A DNA stretch of 64,000 nucleotides from Clostridia bacterium (GTDB lineage Bacteria; Bacillota; Clostridia; Christensenellales; CAG-138). Positions 10,229 through 19,108 of this stretch are shown here, piece after piece; position 1 is the stretch's first letter; every line of letters begins with the position of its first letter. A program made the position numbers and the translations under genes. The notes under the pieces are model-generated. The model was not told the DNA's origin and made no database searches. It was given only the letters and a program-made list of their open reading frames with translations. The stretch covers positions 36,393 through 100,392 of the forward strand of contig JAFQCL010000017.1 of NCBI GenBank assembly GCA_017416425.1, given 5' to 3'.

Positions 10229-11155
10229 TCACGCCCTTCCTGTTACAAGACCAAGCAGCGCCATCCTAAGATACATTCCGTTATGTGCTTGACGGAAATA
10301 TGCCGCTCCCTTGTAATCGTCGACTTCGGTAGCTATTTCATCTACTCGGGGCAGGGGATGAAGTATTGTAATATCTTTTTTAGCGTATTTTAAAAGTTCA
10401 TTGTTTACAATGTAGCTGCCCTTGCAGCGCTCATACGCCTCTATGCTTGGGAAACGCTCGCGCTGAACTCTTGTTACATATACAAAATCGGATTCAGAAA
10501 GCGCTGCCTTTACATCGGTAGTCTCGGTTATATCTGCGCCTTTTGATCGAAGATCTGCTGTGATATTCTCCGGCATTTTAAGTTCTTCAGGTGAAGCAAA
10601 TATCATTTTATTCCCGAATTGCTGCATAAAATATCCAAGACTATGTACTGTACGACCGTATTTCAGGTCGCCAAGGAAAGTAATGGTCTGACCCCCGATA
10701 TGACCTTTTTCTTTACGCATAGTGTATATGTCAAGGAGCGCCTGCGTGGGATGCTGACCCGCGCCATCTCCACCGTTTATAACGGGATGTACTGCGGCAT
10801 CAGCCGCTTCTTTTGCCGATCCTTTCACTGGATGGCGCATTACTATTACGTCTACGTAGCCGTCTACTGTCTTAATCGTATCGAGCATGGTTTCGCCCTT
10901 TGCTGCAGAGCTTGCGGAAGCATCTGCCATAGATATACATTTCGCGCCGATTCGATTTATCGCGGCCTCAAAGCTTAATCGTGTTCTGGTGGAGGGCTCA
11001 AAAAAAAGGCTGGCAACGACCATACCTTCAAGATCATGAATAACTTCACCGGATTTGACTCGTGTCTCATATTGAGCAGCAGTATTCATAATATGATTGA
11101 GCTCCTGATTTGTAAACTGATATCCATTAAGAATGTCTACTCCACGAAAGTTCAT
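10229..11155 (-). CDS. pyrB: Aspartate carbamoyltransferase catalytic subunit
   Basis: It has STRTR, HPTQ, LKYGRTVHS and HPLPR motifs. The ORF track extends to 11257, but AGGAG lies 9 nt before the ATG at 11155 (MNFRGV...), and the extension is a hydrophobic artefact. Confidence 0.93.
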   Translation of the reverse strand: MNFRGVDILNGYQFTNQELNHIMNTAAQYETRVKSGEVIHDLEGMVVASLFFEPSTRTRLSFEAAINRIGAKCISMADASASSAAKGETMLDTIKTVDGYVDVIVMRHPVKGSAKEAADAAVHPVINGGDGAGQHPTQALLDIYTMRKEKGHIGGQTITFLGDLKYGRTVHSLGYFMQQFGNKMIFASPEELKMPENITADLRSKGADITETTDVKAALSESDFVYVTRVQRERFPSIEAYERCKGSYIVNNELLKYAKKDITILHPLPRVDEIATEVDDYKGAAYFRQAHNGMYLRMALLGLVTGRA

Positions 11156-11228
11156 GTAATTAATCTCCTTAAATAGTACTGTATCAAGAGCATATGAAAT
11201 TAAATTCAAATACACCCAAATTAATAAT

Positions 11229-11257
11229 AATATAATGCAAAAAGCTATAGATGTCAA
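11229..11257 (-). promoter_or_regulatory. Sigma-A type promoter for pyrB
   Basis: On the minus strand: TTGACA (11257-11252), a 17-nt spacer, then TATATT (11234-11229). Confidence 0.45.
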
Positions 11258-11367
11258 TAGGAAAACATAAAAAACACAAATATATTATCATATTTGACAA
11301 TACTCACATAAAATGAATGCCAAATTTCGTTTCACTGTAATATAGCACGGAGGAAAGGCATATATCT

Positions 11368-12237
11368 ATGGAGAATAAAAGTATTGCCGCCAGGGTGTAT
11401 TTTAAATTTTGGCGGGGAAATGAGGATAAAATGCGTGTAATGGTCATCACAAAGAAAAACCTGATAATTAGCGGAATATTACTTGCATGCATACTACTTT
11501 CTGTAGTGCTCTCCACTGCAATGTGTGATAGACATGTAAATGCGCTCTCTGAGCCGGATCAGTACACCGTGGACTGTCTTGCCGGAAAGCATAAGGAGCT
11601 TCCTGTGTACAGCGTGCAAAGAGAGGATAAGAAGATTGCGCTTACGATAGATGCGGCTTGGGAGGACGATAAGACCGATTTTATACTTGAGCAGCTTAAT
11701 AAGTACAACATAAAAGCAACATTTTTCTTATGCGGTTTTTGGGTAGAGAAATACCCTGAGCATGTAAAAGCCATAGCAGCAAATGGTCATGAGATCGGAA
11801 ACCATAGCTTAACGCATCCACATATGAACAATCAGACGGCGGAGCAAATATTGGACGAGATAAAGCAGCTTGATGACCGCATAGAGGCGCTTTGCGGTAA
11901 GCGTTCTACAATATTTAGAGCACCATATGGTGAGTATAATGACAACGTTGTAACGACGGTGCGCTCGGCCGGATATGAGATAGTGCAGTGGGATATTGAC
12001 ACGATCGACTGGAAAGAGTCAAGAAGCGCACAGACCATACTGGATTCAGTGCTTCCAAAGCTTCATCCGGGATGCATAATACTTTGTCATAATAATGGCT
12101 TTAAGATAAAGGAATATCTGCCAATGCTTATAGAAACGGCAATATCACAGGGCTATGAGTTTGTGACAGTATCGGAGCTGCTGCTCGGAGGAAATACATT
12201 GGTCGATGTAAATGGCGTACAGAAACCCGCGGCCTAG
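11368..12237 (+). CDS. Polysaccharide deacetylase (PdaB-like, NodB homology domain), membrane anchored
   Basis: 289 aa with an N-terminal TM helix. NodB motifs present: IALTIDAAWEDD, GNHSLTHP, RAPYGE, DTIDW and ILCHN. Confidence 0.85.
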   Translation: MENKSIAARVYFKFWRGNEDKMRVMVITKKNLIISGILLACILLSVVLSTAMCDRHVNALSEPDQYTVDCLAGKHKELPVYSVQREDKKIALTIDAAWEDDKTDFILEQLNKYNIKATFFLCGFWVEKYPEHVKAIAANGHEIGNHSLTHPHMNNQTAEQILDEIKQLDDRIEALCGKRSTIFRAPYGEYNDNVVTTVRSAGYEIVQWDIDTIDWKESRSAQTILDSVLPKLHPGCIILCHNNGFKIKEYLPMLIETAISQGYEFVTVSELLLGGNTLVDVNGVQKPAA

Positions 12238-12395
12238 TAAAAAAGGCAGTGAAACAGTAAGGCTTTGTTTTTGCCAAAGCCCCGCAAGTTTATGGGTGCA
12301 GGGCAGTGTCCTGCCGCAGGGGTTTGGGGACGAGCAGATCCCAAAGGGGTCATAGGGCAAAGCCTCTATATTATGGATCAAGTGCAGCGCCCTTG

Positions 12396-12426
12396 AAAAA
12401 GGCGGTGAAATAAATCACCGCTTTTT
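12396..12426. terminator. Bidirectional intrinsic terminator (pda / recR convergent)
   Basis: AAAAA GGCGGTGA aataaa TCACCGC TTTTT. Confidence 0.6.
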
Positions 12427-13027
12427 ATATATCTCTTCGACCCTCGATTGCCTTATATAGGGTCATTTCATCGATGTATTCAAGATTTCCGCCCATCGGA
12501 ATTCCATGTGCTATGCGCGTTATCCGTATGCCTTTTGGCTTTAGCAGCCTTACTATATATGATGAGGTCGCTTCGCCTTCAACATCGGGATTGGTTGCGA
12601 TCACCACCTCCAAGATGTGCTCGTCATCAACTCGCTGTGAAAGCTCCTTTATTCGTAGGTCATTAGGCCCAACTCCATCTATTGGGGAGATAGTACCTCC
12701 CAAAACATGATATACGCCTTTATATTCACGCATGCGCTCCATGGAAAGCACATCCTTTGGTTCCGCGACAACGCATACAAGCGAATGATCCCTTGTTTTA
12801 TCGCTGCACACGCTGCAAAGCTCGGAATCGGTATAGGCGCCGCACCGCTTGCAGAGGTGTATCTTCTCCTTCGCATTAATTATGGCCTCAGCTAGCCCTC
12901 TTGCGCTTTCTTCGGACATCTCAAGTACATGGTACGCCAAACGAAGGGCAGTTTTCATGCCGATACCGGGAAATCCGGAAAGCCGCATCGCAAGCGTTTT
13001 AATAGGTTCAACACCGGTAGGTTCCAT
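12425..13027 (-). CDS. recR: Recombination protein RecR
   Basis: 200 aa. It has a helix-hairpin-helix N-terminus, the C4 zinc finger CKRCGAYTDSELCSVC, and Toprim domain. Confidence 0.96.
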   Translation of the reverse strand: MEPTGVEPIKTLAMRLSGFPGIGMKTALRLAYHVLEMSEESARGLAEAIINAKEKIHLCKRCGAYTDSELCSVCSDKTRDHSLVCVVAEPKDVLSMERMREYKGVYHVLGGTISPIDGVGPNDLRIKELSQRVDDEHILEVVIATNPDVEGEATSSYIVRLLKPKGIRITRIAHGIPMGGNLEYIDEMTLYKAIEGRRDI

Positions 13028-13035
13028 AACGTAAA

Positions 13036-13383
13036 TTAAAATCCTATGGGCATTCCTCTTGTGACCTTCTCAAGCTCAGTATTCATAGTGGTATCAGCTA
13101 TGCGAAGCGCCTCATTAACAGCGCTCACCACCATATCGCCGAGCATTTCGGCGTCATCGGGATCGATGCATTCGGGATTGATGGTTATGGATTTTACTTC
13201 TTTGCGTCCATATACGGTCGCAGTCACCATGCCTCCGCCTGTGGTCGCCGAAAACTCCATCGCGCCTATTTCGGATTGCACCCTTTCGGCATCCGCCTGC
13301 ATCTGCTGCGCCTGAAGAACCAGCTTTTGCATATTGCCTCCGCCCATTCCGCCAAAGTTAAAGCCACCATTACGTTTTGCCAT
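13036..13383 (-). CDS. ybaB: YbaB/EbfC family nucleoid-associated protein
   Basis: GGAGG lies 6 nt before the ATG at 13383 (MAKRNGGFNFGG...). It has the typical YbaB length, a Gly/Met-rich N-terminus and the ybaB-recR pairing. Confidence 0.9.
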   Translation of the reverse strand: MAKRNGGFNFGGMGGGNMQKLVLQAQQMQADAERVQSEIGAMEFSATTGGGMVTATVYGRKEVKSITINPECIDPDDAEMLGDMVVSAVNEALRIADTTMNTELEKVTRGMPIGF

Positions 13384-13457
13384 TGATCGTTCCTCCAAAA
13401 CTATCAGATTTATGAATTAAATGTTAGCACAGATCAGGGCTTTTGGCAAGATGTTTA

Positions 13458-14273
13458 CTATGCAATAGGCTGTACGGCATTATCGATGATCGTAATTTCT
13501 ACGGATCCAGTGTCAAATTCGCCTGTTTGGTCATTAAGCTTCAGGGTGATCACGGCATCCGCGAATATGATGGTGCTCTCGCCGTATGTAAGTCTTGCCG
13601 TGACTACAAGGCTGCCGCCTGATGCTATGCCGTCCGCTACATCAGGCTCCCCAATAAACAGCTCTTTAATCTCGAATTTTGAAGCTTCTTTATCAAATTC
13701 CGAAAAATAGTGAGGCATAACGGATGAGTAATGCTCCTTGTTTACCTGATAGCTGTTTGTACTGCCGTCAAGATTGCATTTTAAGGTAAATGTCTCATCG
13801 TCCGTCCAGGAAAGCTCGAACATGGACTGTGCTTGGCTCGGGAACATGATGTCGCTAAATGGATACTTGACGGGGATGAGCTTTTCACCGTCAAAAATCA
13901 CCATCAAAGCACCCTCATATTCTCCGTGACCTATGCTGCATACAGCAGAGATGACGTGGACATCCGAGATTTGCGTGACGCTGATCTCACCTGCGTTTTC
14001 AAGGTCTTGCCAAACATTTGAAAAGCTCGCCGTAAATGCTTTGCCATCATTTAAAGTGACGGTGAAGAAGGCGTCTACGCTAGGTTCGCCATCCTCGGAA
14101 GGCGCTAACGCCAACGCTACGGCGGCATCAAGAGCTTCGATCGATCCTTCGGCGACCGTCACGGCCGATTCGGGAATGCCTGATTGCTGCGTGTCCGCCG
14201 GCTGCGTACAGCCAAAAAGGGTGCAAAGCAGCGTCAATACGAGCAGCACACATATAGTCGATTTGAGTTTCAT
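13458..14273 (-). CDS. Hypothetical lipoprotein
   Basis: 271 aa with signal peptide and lipobox LFGC. AGGAGG RBS. Its ATG overlaps the stop of the upstream gene (ATGA). No recognisable domain. Confidence 0.7.
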   Translation of the reverse strand: MKLKSTICVLLVLTLLCTLFGCTQPADTQQSGIPESAVTVAEGSIEALDAAVALALAPSEDGEPSVDAFFTVTLNDGKAFTASFSNVWQDLENAGEISVTQISDVHVISAVCSIGHGEYEGALMVIFDGEKLIPVKYPFSDIMFPSQAQSMFELSWTDDETFTLKCNLDGSTNSYQVNKEHYSSVMPHYFSEFDKEASKFEIKELFIGEPDVADGIASGGSLVVTARLTYGESTIIFADAVITLKLNDQTGEFDTGSVEITIIDNAVQPIA

Positions 14274-15307
14274 TTTGAGTTCCTCCTAAAATTGATGATA
14301 TTACCAAACAGAGTATCGGGCTCTATTATAGTCGAAGTTGTGTATCCGCATACGCTGCAAACATATAGTCCTGATGATTGAATTACAAAAGTATGGGTGC
14401 TTGATTGCCTGTACCCGCAGGTATTGCAAAGCCTATAATGCTGAGTGGGCGATTTTACCCAAGTACTGGGGTAAGCATGCGAGCTACATACTATAATATC
14501 GCCTGTAGACCGTTTTGTGGCATAACTGTAGTACCATTTTAAAATATATGAGTAGCTTCTACCTTCATCCGCATGCCTTTTTGCACCGTAATGTGTCAAT
14601 ATTCCGCCGTATTGAGTTCCATATTGACTGGATGTTCCAGTTCGGTATTCGCTGAGGAATAGCTTTCTATCTGAATTAACCATAATCGTATTCCAAATAC
14701 TTGACATAGCGTTTATTACATTTGGATACTGGCTGTTTTGTCTAGGACCGCCCGGGTTATATATTTGAGCACCAAGTGTACCGTGGTCGGCTAAATGATA
14801 ATTTGCTGAAGTACCATAAGTGACTATTTTATGCCAAGCGAAGTTCCTGATTGCGAGCGCTCCGGCTTTTAACGCATCTGCGTCCCAGCTATTATAACCA
14901 ATTTCGTATAATGTAACGTTATTGCAATATGTACTAAAATTGACAGAAACTACTTCGCCATTACCATAGTAGCTGCGCTTTACTTTTATAGTGCTTGGTA
15001 AAACCACATTGAATGATATAGGGTCGTCGGAATCTTTTGTATTAATTAGGTTATAATTGATGCCCTCAAATCTATGCAAAAGGTAAGCGTTACCAAGAGC
15101 AACATCGGGTTCATACTCATTGATTAGATGGGGAAGCGGAGCACGCGAATCACATATAACTCGACTTTCGTTTTCTGTACCACAAATGATAACGTGATAA
15201 TTTGTTCCGTTAAAATTGAAGCCATCTTCCACAGCAACTTTTTGATCCACGCGAACAAGATATAGAGCTGGATCGATAATGTCGGTGCAGTAATTATCAT
15301 AGTACAT
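14270..15307 (-). CDS. SpoIID/LytB-like domain protein with C-terminal Cys-pair (zinc-ribbon-like) region; no signal peptide in this ORF
   Basis: 345 aa. The blocks ADALKAGALAIRNFAWH and LTHYGAKRHADEGRSYSYILKWYY resemble SpoIID conserved blocks. CNTCGY ... CSVCGY lies at the C-terminus. The gene looks AT-rich relative to its neighbours by eye. Confidence 0.55.
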   Translation of the reverse strand: MYYDNYCTDIIDPALYLVRVDQKVAVEDGFNFNGTNYHVIICGTENESRVICDSRAPLPHLINEYEPDVALGNAYLLHRFEGINYNLINTKDSDDPISFNVVLPSTIKVKRSYYGNGEVVSVNFSTYCNNVTLYEIGYNSWDADALKAGALAIRNFAWHKIVTYGTSANYHLADHGTLGAQIYNPGGPRQNSQYPNVINAMSSIWNTIMVNSDRKLFLSEYRTGTSSQYGTQYGGILTHYGAKRHADEGRSYSYILKWYYSYATKRSTGDIIVCSSHAYPSTWVKSPTQHYRLCNTCGYRQSSTHTFVIQSSGLYVCSVCGYTTSTIIEPDTLFGNIINFRRNSK

Positions 15308-15327
15308 AATAGGAATTTGAGCAAGAA

Positions 15328-15639
15328 TTACGAATTATACATTTCTTGTACATTGTTAATCCCTCCTGAGGTACTAAGAGCTTTTGTGTCGGTTGTGATG
15401 CTCGTAAGAAAACTTTTATATGTGTCAGATACAAGGTTACTGCTTTTTATCCAAGCTTTATTGCGTTGCCAATTTGAATCAAAGCAGCGGTAATATGCCA
15501 TAATGGTGTCGGCGTCACAAGAACAATCGCTGAAACAATTGTGTGACTCATGTTATTCAGCTACTACAGGTATGCTTCCTATGGCAAGCAACATAGCTAA
15601 AGCCAATATAAGCATGGTCTTAATGTAGGATTGTTTCAT
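15328..15639 (-). pseudogene. Orphan signal-peptide ORF (28 codons) plus an in-frame 74-codon Cys-rich continuation; likely the severed 5' part of the SpoIID-like gene
   Basis: AAGGAGG RBS (15653-15647), then ATG at 15639 giving MKQSYIKTMLILALAMLLAIGSIPVVAE, then TAA (15555-15553). The same frame stays open to a second TAA at 15330-15328. The downstream 345-aa ORF is in another frame. Confidence 0.4.
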
Positions 15640-15815
15640 AAAAATACCTCCTTGTTTTTAGAATACAATAATGATAACACAGAAGCAGAGAAAATATAAT
15701 ACACATTTTTAATATATTTATATTTTTTGCAAGAATTCAATATGCGTACGTATCTTCGCAAAGTTCGTGGTTTCAGGTCAAAAAAAGGATATAAAAGCTA
15801 TAGTCATATTAGTGG

Positions 15816-15844
15816 TTGAAATCCATGTCAAGGTGGATTATAAT
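15816..15844 (+). promoter_or_regulatory. Sigma-A type promoter for glyA
   Basis: TTGAAA (15816-15821), a 17-nt spacer, then TATAAT (15839-15844), 44 nt before the glyA ATG. Confidence 0.55.
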
Positions 15845-15888
15845 AAGCCAAATGGGCGCACAGCCCGGTTGAAGCTGGAGGAAAAGAA

Positions 15889-17127
15889 ATGATACAGTTC
15901 GATTTAATCAAAGCGGCAGACCCTGAACTTGCTGTAGCCATGGAGCAGGAGCTTTGCCGCCAGCGGGATCATCTTGAAATGATAGCATCGGAAAATTTTG
16001 TAAGCCCTGCTGTCATGGCGGCGATGGGAAGCCATCTCACCAATAAATATGCAGAGGGTTATCCCAAAAAGCGCTACTATGGCGGCTGCGAGTATGTAGA
16101 TGTTGTTGAGAATCTGGCTCGTGCTCGTGCGTGTGAGCTTTTTGGCGCGGATCACGCTAATGTTCAGCCCCATTCAGGCGCATCCGCAAATATCGCGGTC
16201 TACTTTGCGCTTGCAAATCCCGGTGATACTATAATGGGTATGGATCTGTCACACGGCGGTCATCTGACCCATGGAAGCCCCGTAAATATTTCGGGCAAAT
16301 ACTTCAAGTTTGTACCCTATGGTGTATCTACAGACACGGAGATGCTTGATTATGACCATGTCCGCGAGATAGCGCTTGAGTGCAAGCCGAAGATAATCGT
16401 TGCCGGCGCCAGTGCTTACTGCCGTGCTATCGATTTTGAAAAGATGGCTGAAATAGCCCATGAAGTGGGTGCGTATCTCATGGTAGATATGGCTCATATA
16501 GCGGGTCTTGTCGCGGCAGGCCTTCATATGAATCCCGTTCCCTATGCCGATGTAGTGACCAGCACCACTCATAAGACCCTGCGCGGTCCCAGAGGCGGAC
16601 TTATACTCTGCAAGAAGGAGCTTGCAAAGGACATCGACAAGGCTATATTCCCCGGACTTCAGGGAGGCCCTCTTATGCATGTTATTGCCGCAAAGGCAGT
16701 GTGCTTTTTTGAGGCGCTTCAGCCTGAATTTAAGGCATATCAGCAGCAGGTGCTTAAAAACGCAAGAGCGCTCGCCGATGCATTGGTTGCGAATGGTATG
16801 CGCATAGTAAGCGGCGGTACGGATAATCACCTTATGCTGGTGGATCTTACCTCGACCGGAAGAACCGGTAAGGAAATGGAAGCACTCCTTGACCAGGCGC
16901 ATATAACCGTAAACAAGAATACTATACCGTTTGAAACAAGAAGCCCTTTTATAACCAGCGGTATAAGAATAGGTACTCCCGCGCTTACTTCACGCGGCCT
17001 TAACGAAAGCGATATGATACTCATCGCATCGCTTATCGCGCGCATCGCGACCGATGGTGAGGCTGCCGTTGAGGATGTCAAGCAGTCTGTGCTTGCACTC
17101 TGCGAGAAGTATCCCCTGTATGATTGA
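15889..17127 (+). CDS. glyA: Serine hydroxymethyltransferase
   Basis: 412 aa. The PLP-lysine motif [12 protein letters not shown] and overall SHMT sequence are unmistakable. Confidence 0.97.
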   Translation: MIQFDLIKAADPELAVAMEQELCRQRDHLEMIASENFVSPAVMAAMGSHLTNKYAEGYPKKRYYGGCEYVDVVENLARARACELFGADHANVQPHSGASANIAVYFALANPGDTIMGMDLSHGGHLTHGSPVNISGKYFKFVPYGVSTDTEMLDYDHVREIALECKPKIIVAGASAYCRAIDFEKMAEIAHEVGAYLMVDMAHIAGLVAAGLHMNPVPYADVVTSTTHKTLRGPRGGLILCKKELAKDIDKAIFPGLQGGPLMHVIAAKAVCFFEALQPEFKAYQQQVLKNARALADALVANGMRIVSGGTDNHLMLVDLTSTGRTGKEMEALLDQAHITVNKNTIPFETRSPFITSGIRIGTPALTSRGLNESDMILIASLIARIATDGEAAVEDVKQSVLALCEKYPLYD

Positions 17128-17151
17128 TAACATATAAGAGCATTGATAAAG

Positions 17152-17183
17152 AGGGTGGGCTTATTCGGCCTACCCTTTAATAA
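17152..17183 (+). terminator. Intrinsic terminator after glyA
   Basis: AGGGTGGGC (17152-17160) pairs with GCCTACCCT (17068-side 17168-17176), with one G:U pair, and is followed by a T-rich run. Confidence 0.5.
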
Positions 17184-17210
17184 ACCTTTTTGCAGTGATG
17201 AGGTATATAT

Positions 17211-18350
17211 ATGCGGATAGGAATACTTGGCGGAACCTTTGATCCGATACATCGTGCGCATATGGCGGTAGCCTTGGGGGTGAAGCGTGAATTTGCGCTT
17301 GATAAGGTGCTTTTGATGGTTGCCGCGCTGCCGCCCCATAAAACCGCTGAAAAGACAAGAGCAAAACTGCGCTTTATGATGGCAAAAGAGGCCGCTTTAG
17401 GTATCGATGGCATAGAAGCATGCGATATGGAGCTTAAGCGTGAAGGTAAAAGCTATACCGTTGATACGCTGCGCCAATTAAGCGATATATATGCCGGTGC
17501 GGAGCTTTTTTTTGTGGTTGGCGCGGATATGCTCAAGGATTTTATGTCCTGGTATATGCCGGGCGAGATTTTAAAATTTGCTTCACTTATAGGTGTAGAG
17601 CGAGGTGGCGAGGATGAGGCAGCGCCTTTTGCCGCGCAAATTATGGGGCAGCTTGGAGGAAATGTATACATATCAAAGCAGGATGAGATAGCGCTTTCAT
17701 CCACTGACATAAGAAGGCGTGTGTTTGAGGCAAAGCCGCTTTTGGGTGATGTAGCAAAAGGGGTAGGCTGCCTTATATATGAGCATGGACTATACATGCC
17801 GGAGCAAATTTTGAATATCATCCGGCGATTATCAAGGGAGCTCAGCCCCGAGCGCTTTAAGCATAGTACGAGCTGTGCATATGAGGCTGTGGAGCTTGCG
17901 GGCAGATATGGCGTTGATCCTGAAAAGGCGAGGATCGCTGCCCTTTTGCATGACTGTGTTCGCTTTGATTATGAAAAGCAAGTAGCGCTTGCGAATAAGT
18001 ATGGTATTTTAATACCGGGATCGCATGCGCTTTTACACGCGGCACTTGGAAGTTTATATGCAAAGCATGAGTATGGTATAGAGGATGAGGAAATACTAAA
18101 CGCTATAGCAAGGCATACCACGGGCGCTGAGAATATGACGGATCTGGACAAGGTAGTTTATCTTGCCGATAAGATCGAGCCTCAAAGAAGCTACAGTGGG
18201 ATTGACGAACTGCGCATTATGGCATATAATAGCCTAAATGGGGGCGTTCTTCTTGCCATGCAGAACACGATCGATCATATGAAGCGTAAAGGGCATAAGG
18301 TCGATGCGGAAACTGAGCGCATCAGAAGAGCCATACAAAATAAAATATAG
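17211..18350 (+). CDS. nadD: Fusion protein: nicotinate-nucleotide adenylyltransferase (NadD) plus YqeK-type HD phosphohydrolase
   Basis: 379 aa. The N-terminal half has GGTFDPIHRAH (the nucleotidyltransferase H-x-x-H motif). The C-terminal half has HD-domain features (LLHDCV, ARHTTG, YLADKIEP) as in YqeK. Confidence 0.9.
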   Translation: MRIGILGGTFDPIHRAHMAVALGVKREFALDKVLLMVAALPPHKTAEKTRAKLRFMMAKEAALGIDGIEACDMELKREGKSYTVDTLRQLSDIYAGAELFFVVGADMLKDFMSWYMPGEILKFASLIGVERGGEDEAAPFAAQIMGQLGGNVYISKQDEIALSSTDIRRRVFEAKPLLGDVAKGVGCLIYEHGLYMPEQILNIIRRLSRELSPERFKHSTSCAYEAVELAGRYGVDPEKARIAALLHDCVRFDYEKQVALANKYGILIPGSHALLHAALGSLYAKHEYGIEDEEILNAIARHTTGAENMTDLDKVVYLADKIEPQRSYSGIDELRIMAYNSLNGGVLLAMQNTIDHMKRKGHKVDAETERIRRAIQNKI

Positions 18351-18368
18351 GAAGAGGAAGTTAACGAA

Positions 18369-18752
18369 TTGGATATCGCTATCAAGGAAAATGTTTTGAA
18401 AATATGCAAGCTTTTAGACGAAAAAAAGGCAGAGGAAATAATTGCCGTGTACGTTGCGGATAAGACCATCATAGCGGATTGGTTCATAATATGCAGCGGC
18501 CGGTCAAATGCCCATGTAAAGGCGCTTTGCGATGAGCTTTCTGAAAAGTTTCCCGAGGGAATGGAGCTTAGAAGAACTGAAGGCTATCAAGAGAGTAGGT
18601 GGGTAGTGCTTGATTTTGCAACTGTGCTTGTACATGTGTTCCATCCCGAGGAGAGGAAGTACTATAACCTTGAAAGGCTTTGGACAGGAACTTTGGATGA
18701 GGTTATCGATTATTCCCGCATGATAAGTGGTGAAAGCCTTGTCTTGAGCTGA
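18369..18752 (+). CDS. rsfS: Ribosome silencing factor RsfS
   Basis: 127 aa, TTG start after a purine-rich RBS. It has a typical RsfS core (ADWFIICSGRSNAHVKA ... WVVLDFATVLVHVF) and the conserved position after nadD/yqeK. Confidence 0.9.
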   Translation: MDIAIKENVLKICKLLDEKKAEEIIAVYVADKTIIADWFIICSGRSNAHVKALCDELSEKFPEGMELRRTEGYQESRWVVLDFATVLVHVFHPEERKYYNLERLWTGTLDEVIDYSRMISGESLVLS

Positions 18753-18999
18753 GGGCTTTGCTTTTATAAGGTAAGTTTTTGGTGCTGAGATTTATGTATC
18801 GATGCTTATTTGCGGCTTGATTCCCCAAAAACACCTGCGGGGCGCTATATGTCTCAAGCCGTGTACAAGAGTATTGCCATTGACCCATAGTGCAGTGGTG
18901 TTATATCTGTACATCTTTAGAAGTAGGGTTTTACTTTGAATTTGGCTTTTTTAAGAGAGCTGCACCCTATTAAGAGCTATGCGTAAATACTTATTTGAC

Positions 19000-19033
19000 A
19001 GCTCTGCCCCAAACGCCTATTGGGGGCAGAGCT
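19000..19033. other. 11-bp GC-rich stem-loop between convergent rsfS and a lipoprotein gene (possible terminator)
   Basis: AGCTCTGCCCC ... GGGGCAGAGCT. The flanking A/T runs sit on the wrong side for a classical terminator in either direction. Confidence 0.35.
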
Positions 19034-19108
19034 CCTGCAAAAAAATATAGCAGATACTTTTTACCATTTGGATCGCCTGTTTTCCCACCATTTTGTTTTA
19101 GGCATGTA

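Noticed and set aside
11156-11257. 34-codon hydrophobic N-terminal extension of the pyrB ORF, which would suggest a membrane-anchored ATCase.
   Set aside because: AGGAG sits at the correct distance before the internal ATG at 11155. A sigma-A promoter lies inside the supposed extension. ATCases are soluble.
11156-11300. Possible PyrR-binding attenuator in the pyrB leader, and similarly a purine riboswitch in the Mo-hydroxylase leader (8664-8725).
   Set aside because: The leaders are short (about 60-75 nt). They lack the PyrR loop consensus and the purine-riboswitch junction sequences, and I found no terminator/antiterminator alternative.
12238-12395. Impression of a shared GC-rich intergenic word family (GGCTTTG, CAAAGCC, GGGGC), also seen at 18753-18990, 21650-21800, 37389-37560 and 53808-54074.
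   Set aside because: The shared pieces are 7-10 nt and mostly form the arms of local hairpins (terminator-like). No colinear alignment longer than about 20 nt could be made, except the weak 37406/53833 similarity noted above.
15640-15888. Possible ZTP/THF-type riboswitch upstream of glyA.
   Set aside because: The promoter at 15816-15844 leaves only about 40 nt of leader, and none of the conserved ZTP (pfl) or THF motif blocks is present.
16249-16902. 217-aa ORF antisense to glyA. Similar long antisense or shadow ORFs occur elsewhere, for example 585-941, 6268-6831, 22194-22904, 44490-45026 and 53024-53626.
   Set aside because: Each lies entirely inside a well-supported gene on the opposite strand. 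None has an RBS, and their composition is odd (Cys/Arg/His-rich or low complexity). They are typical shadow ORFs.
18753-18998. Roughly 250-nt non-coding stretch after rsfS considered as a small RNA (for example 6S).
   Set aside because: I could not find an extended imperfect helix or closing stem, and there is no promoter/terminator pair bracketing it. The evidence is insufficient.
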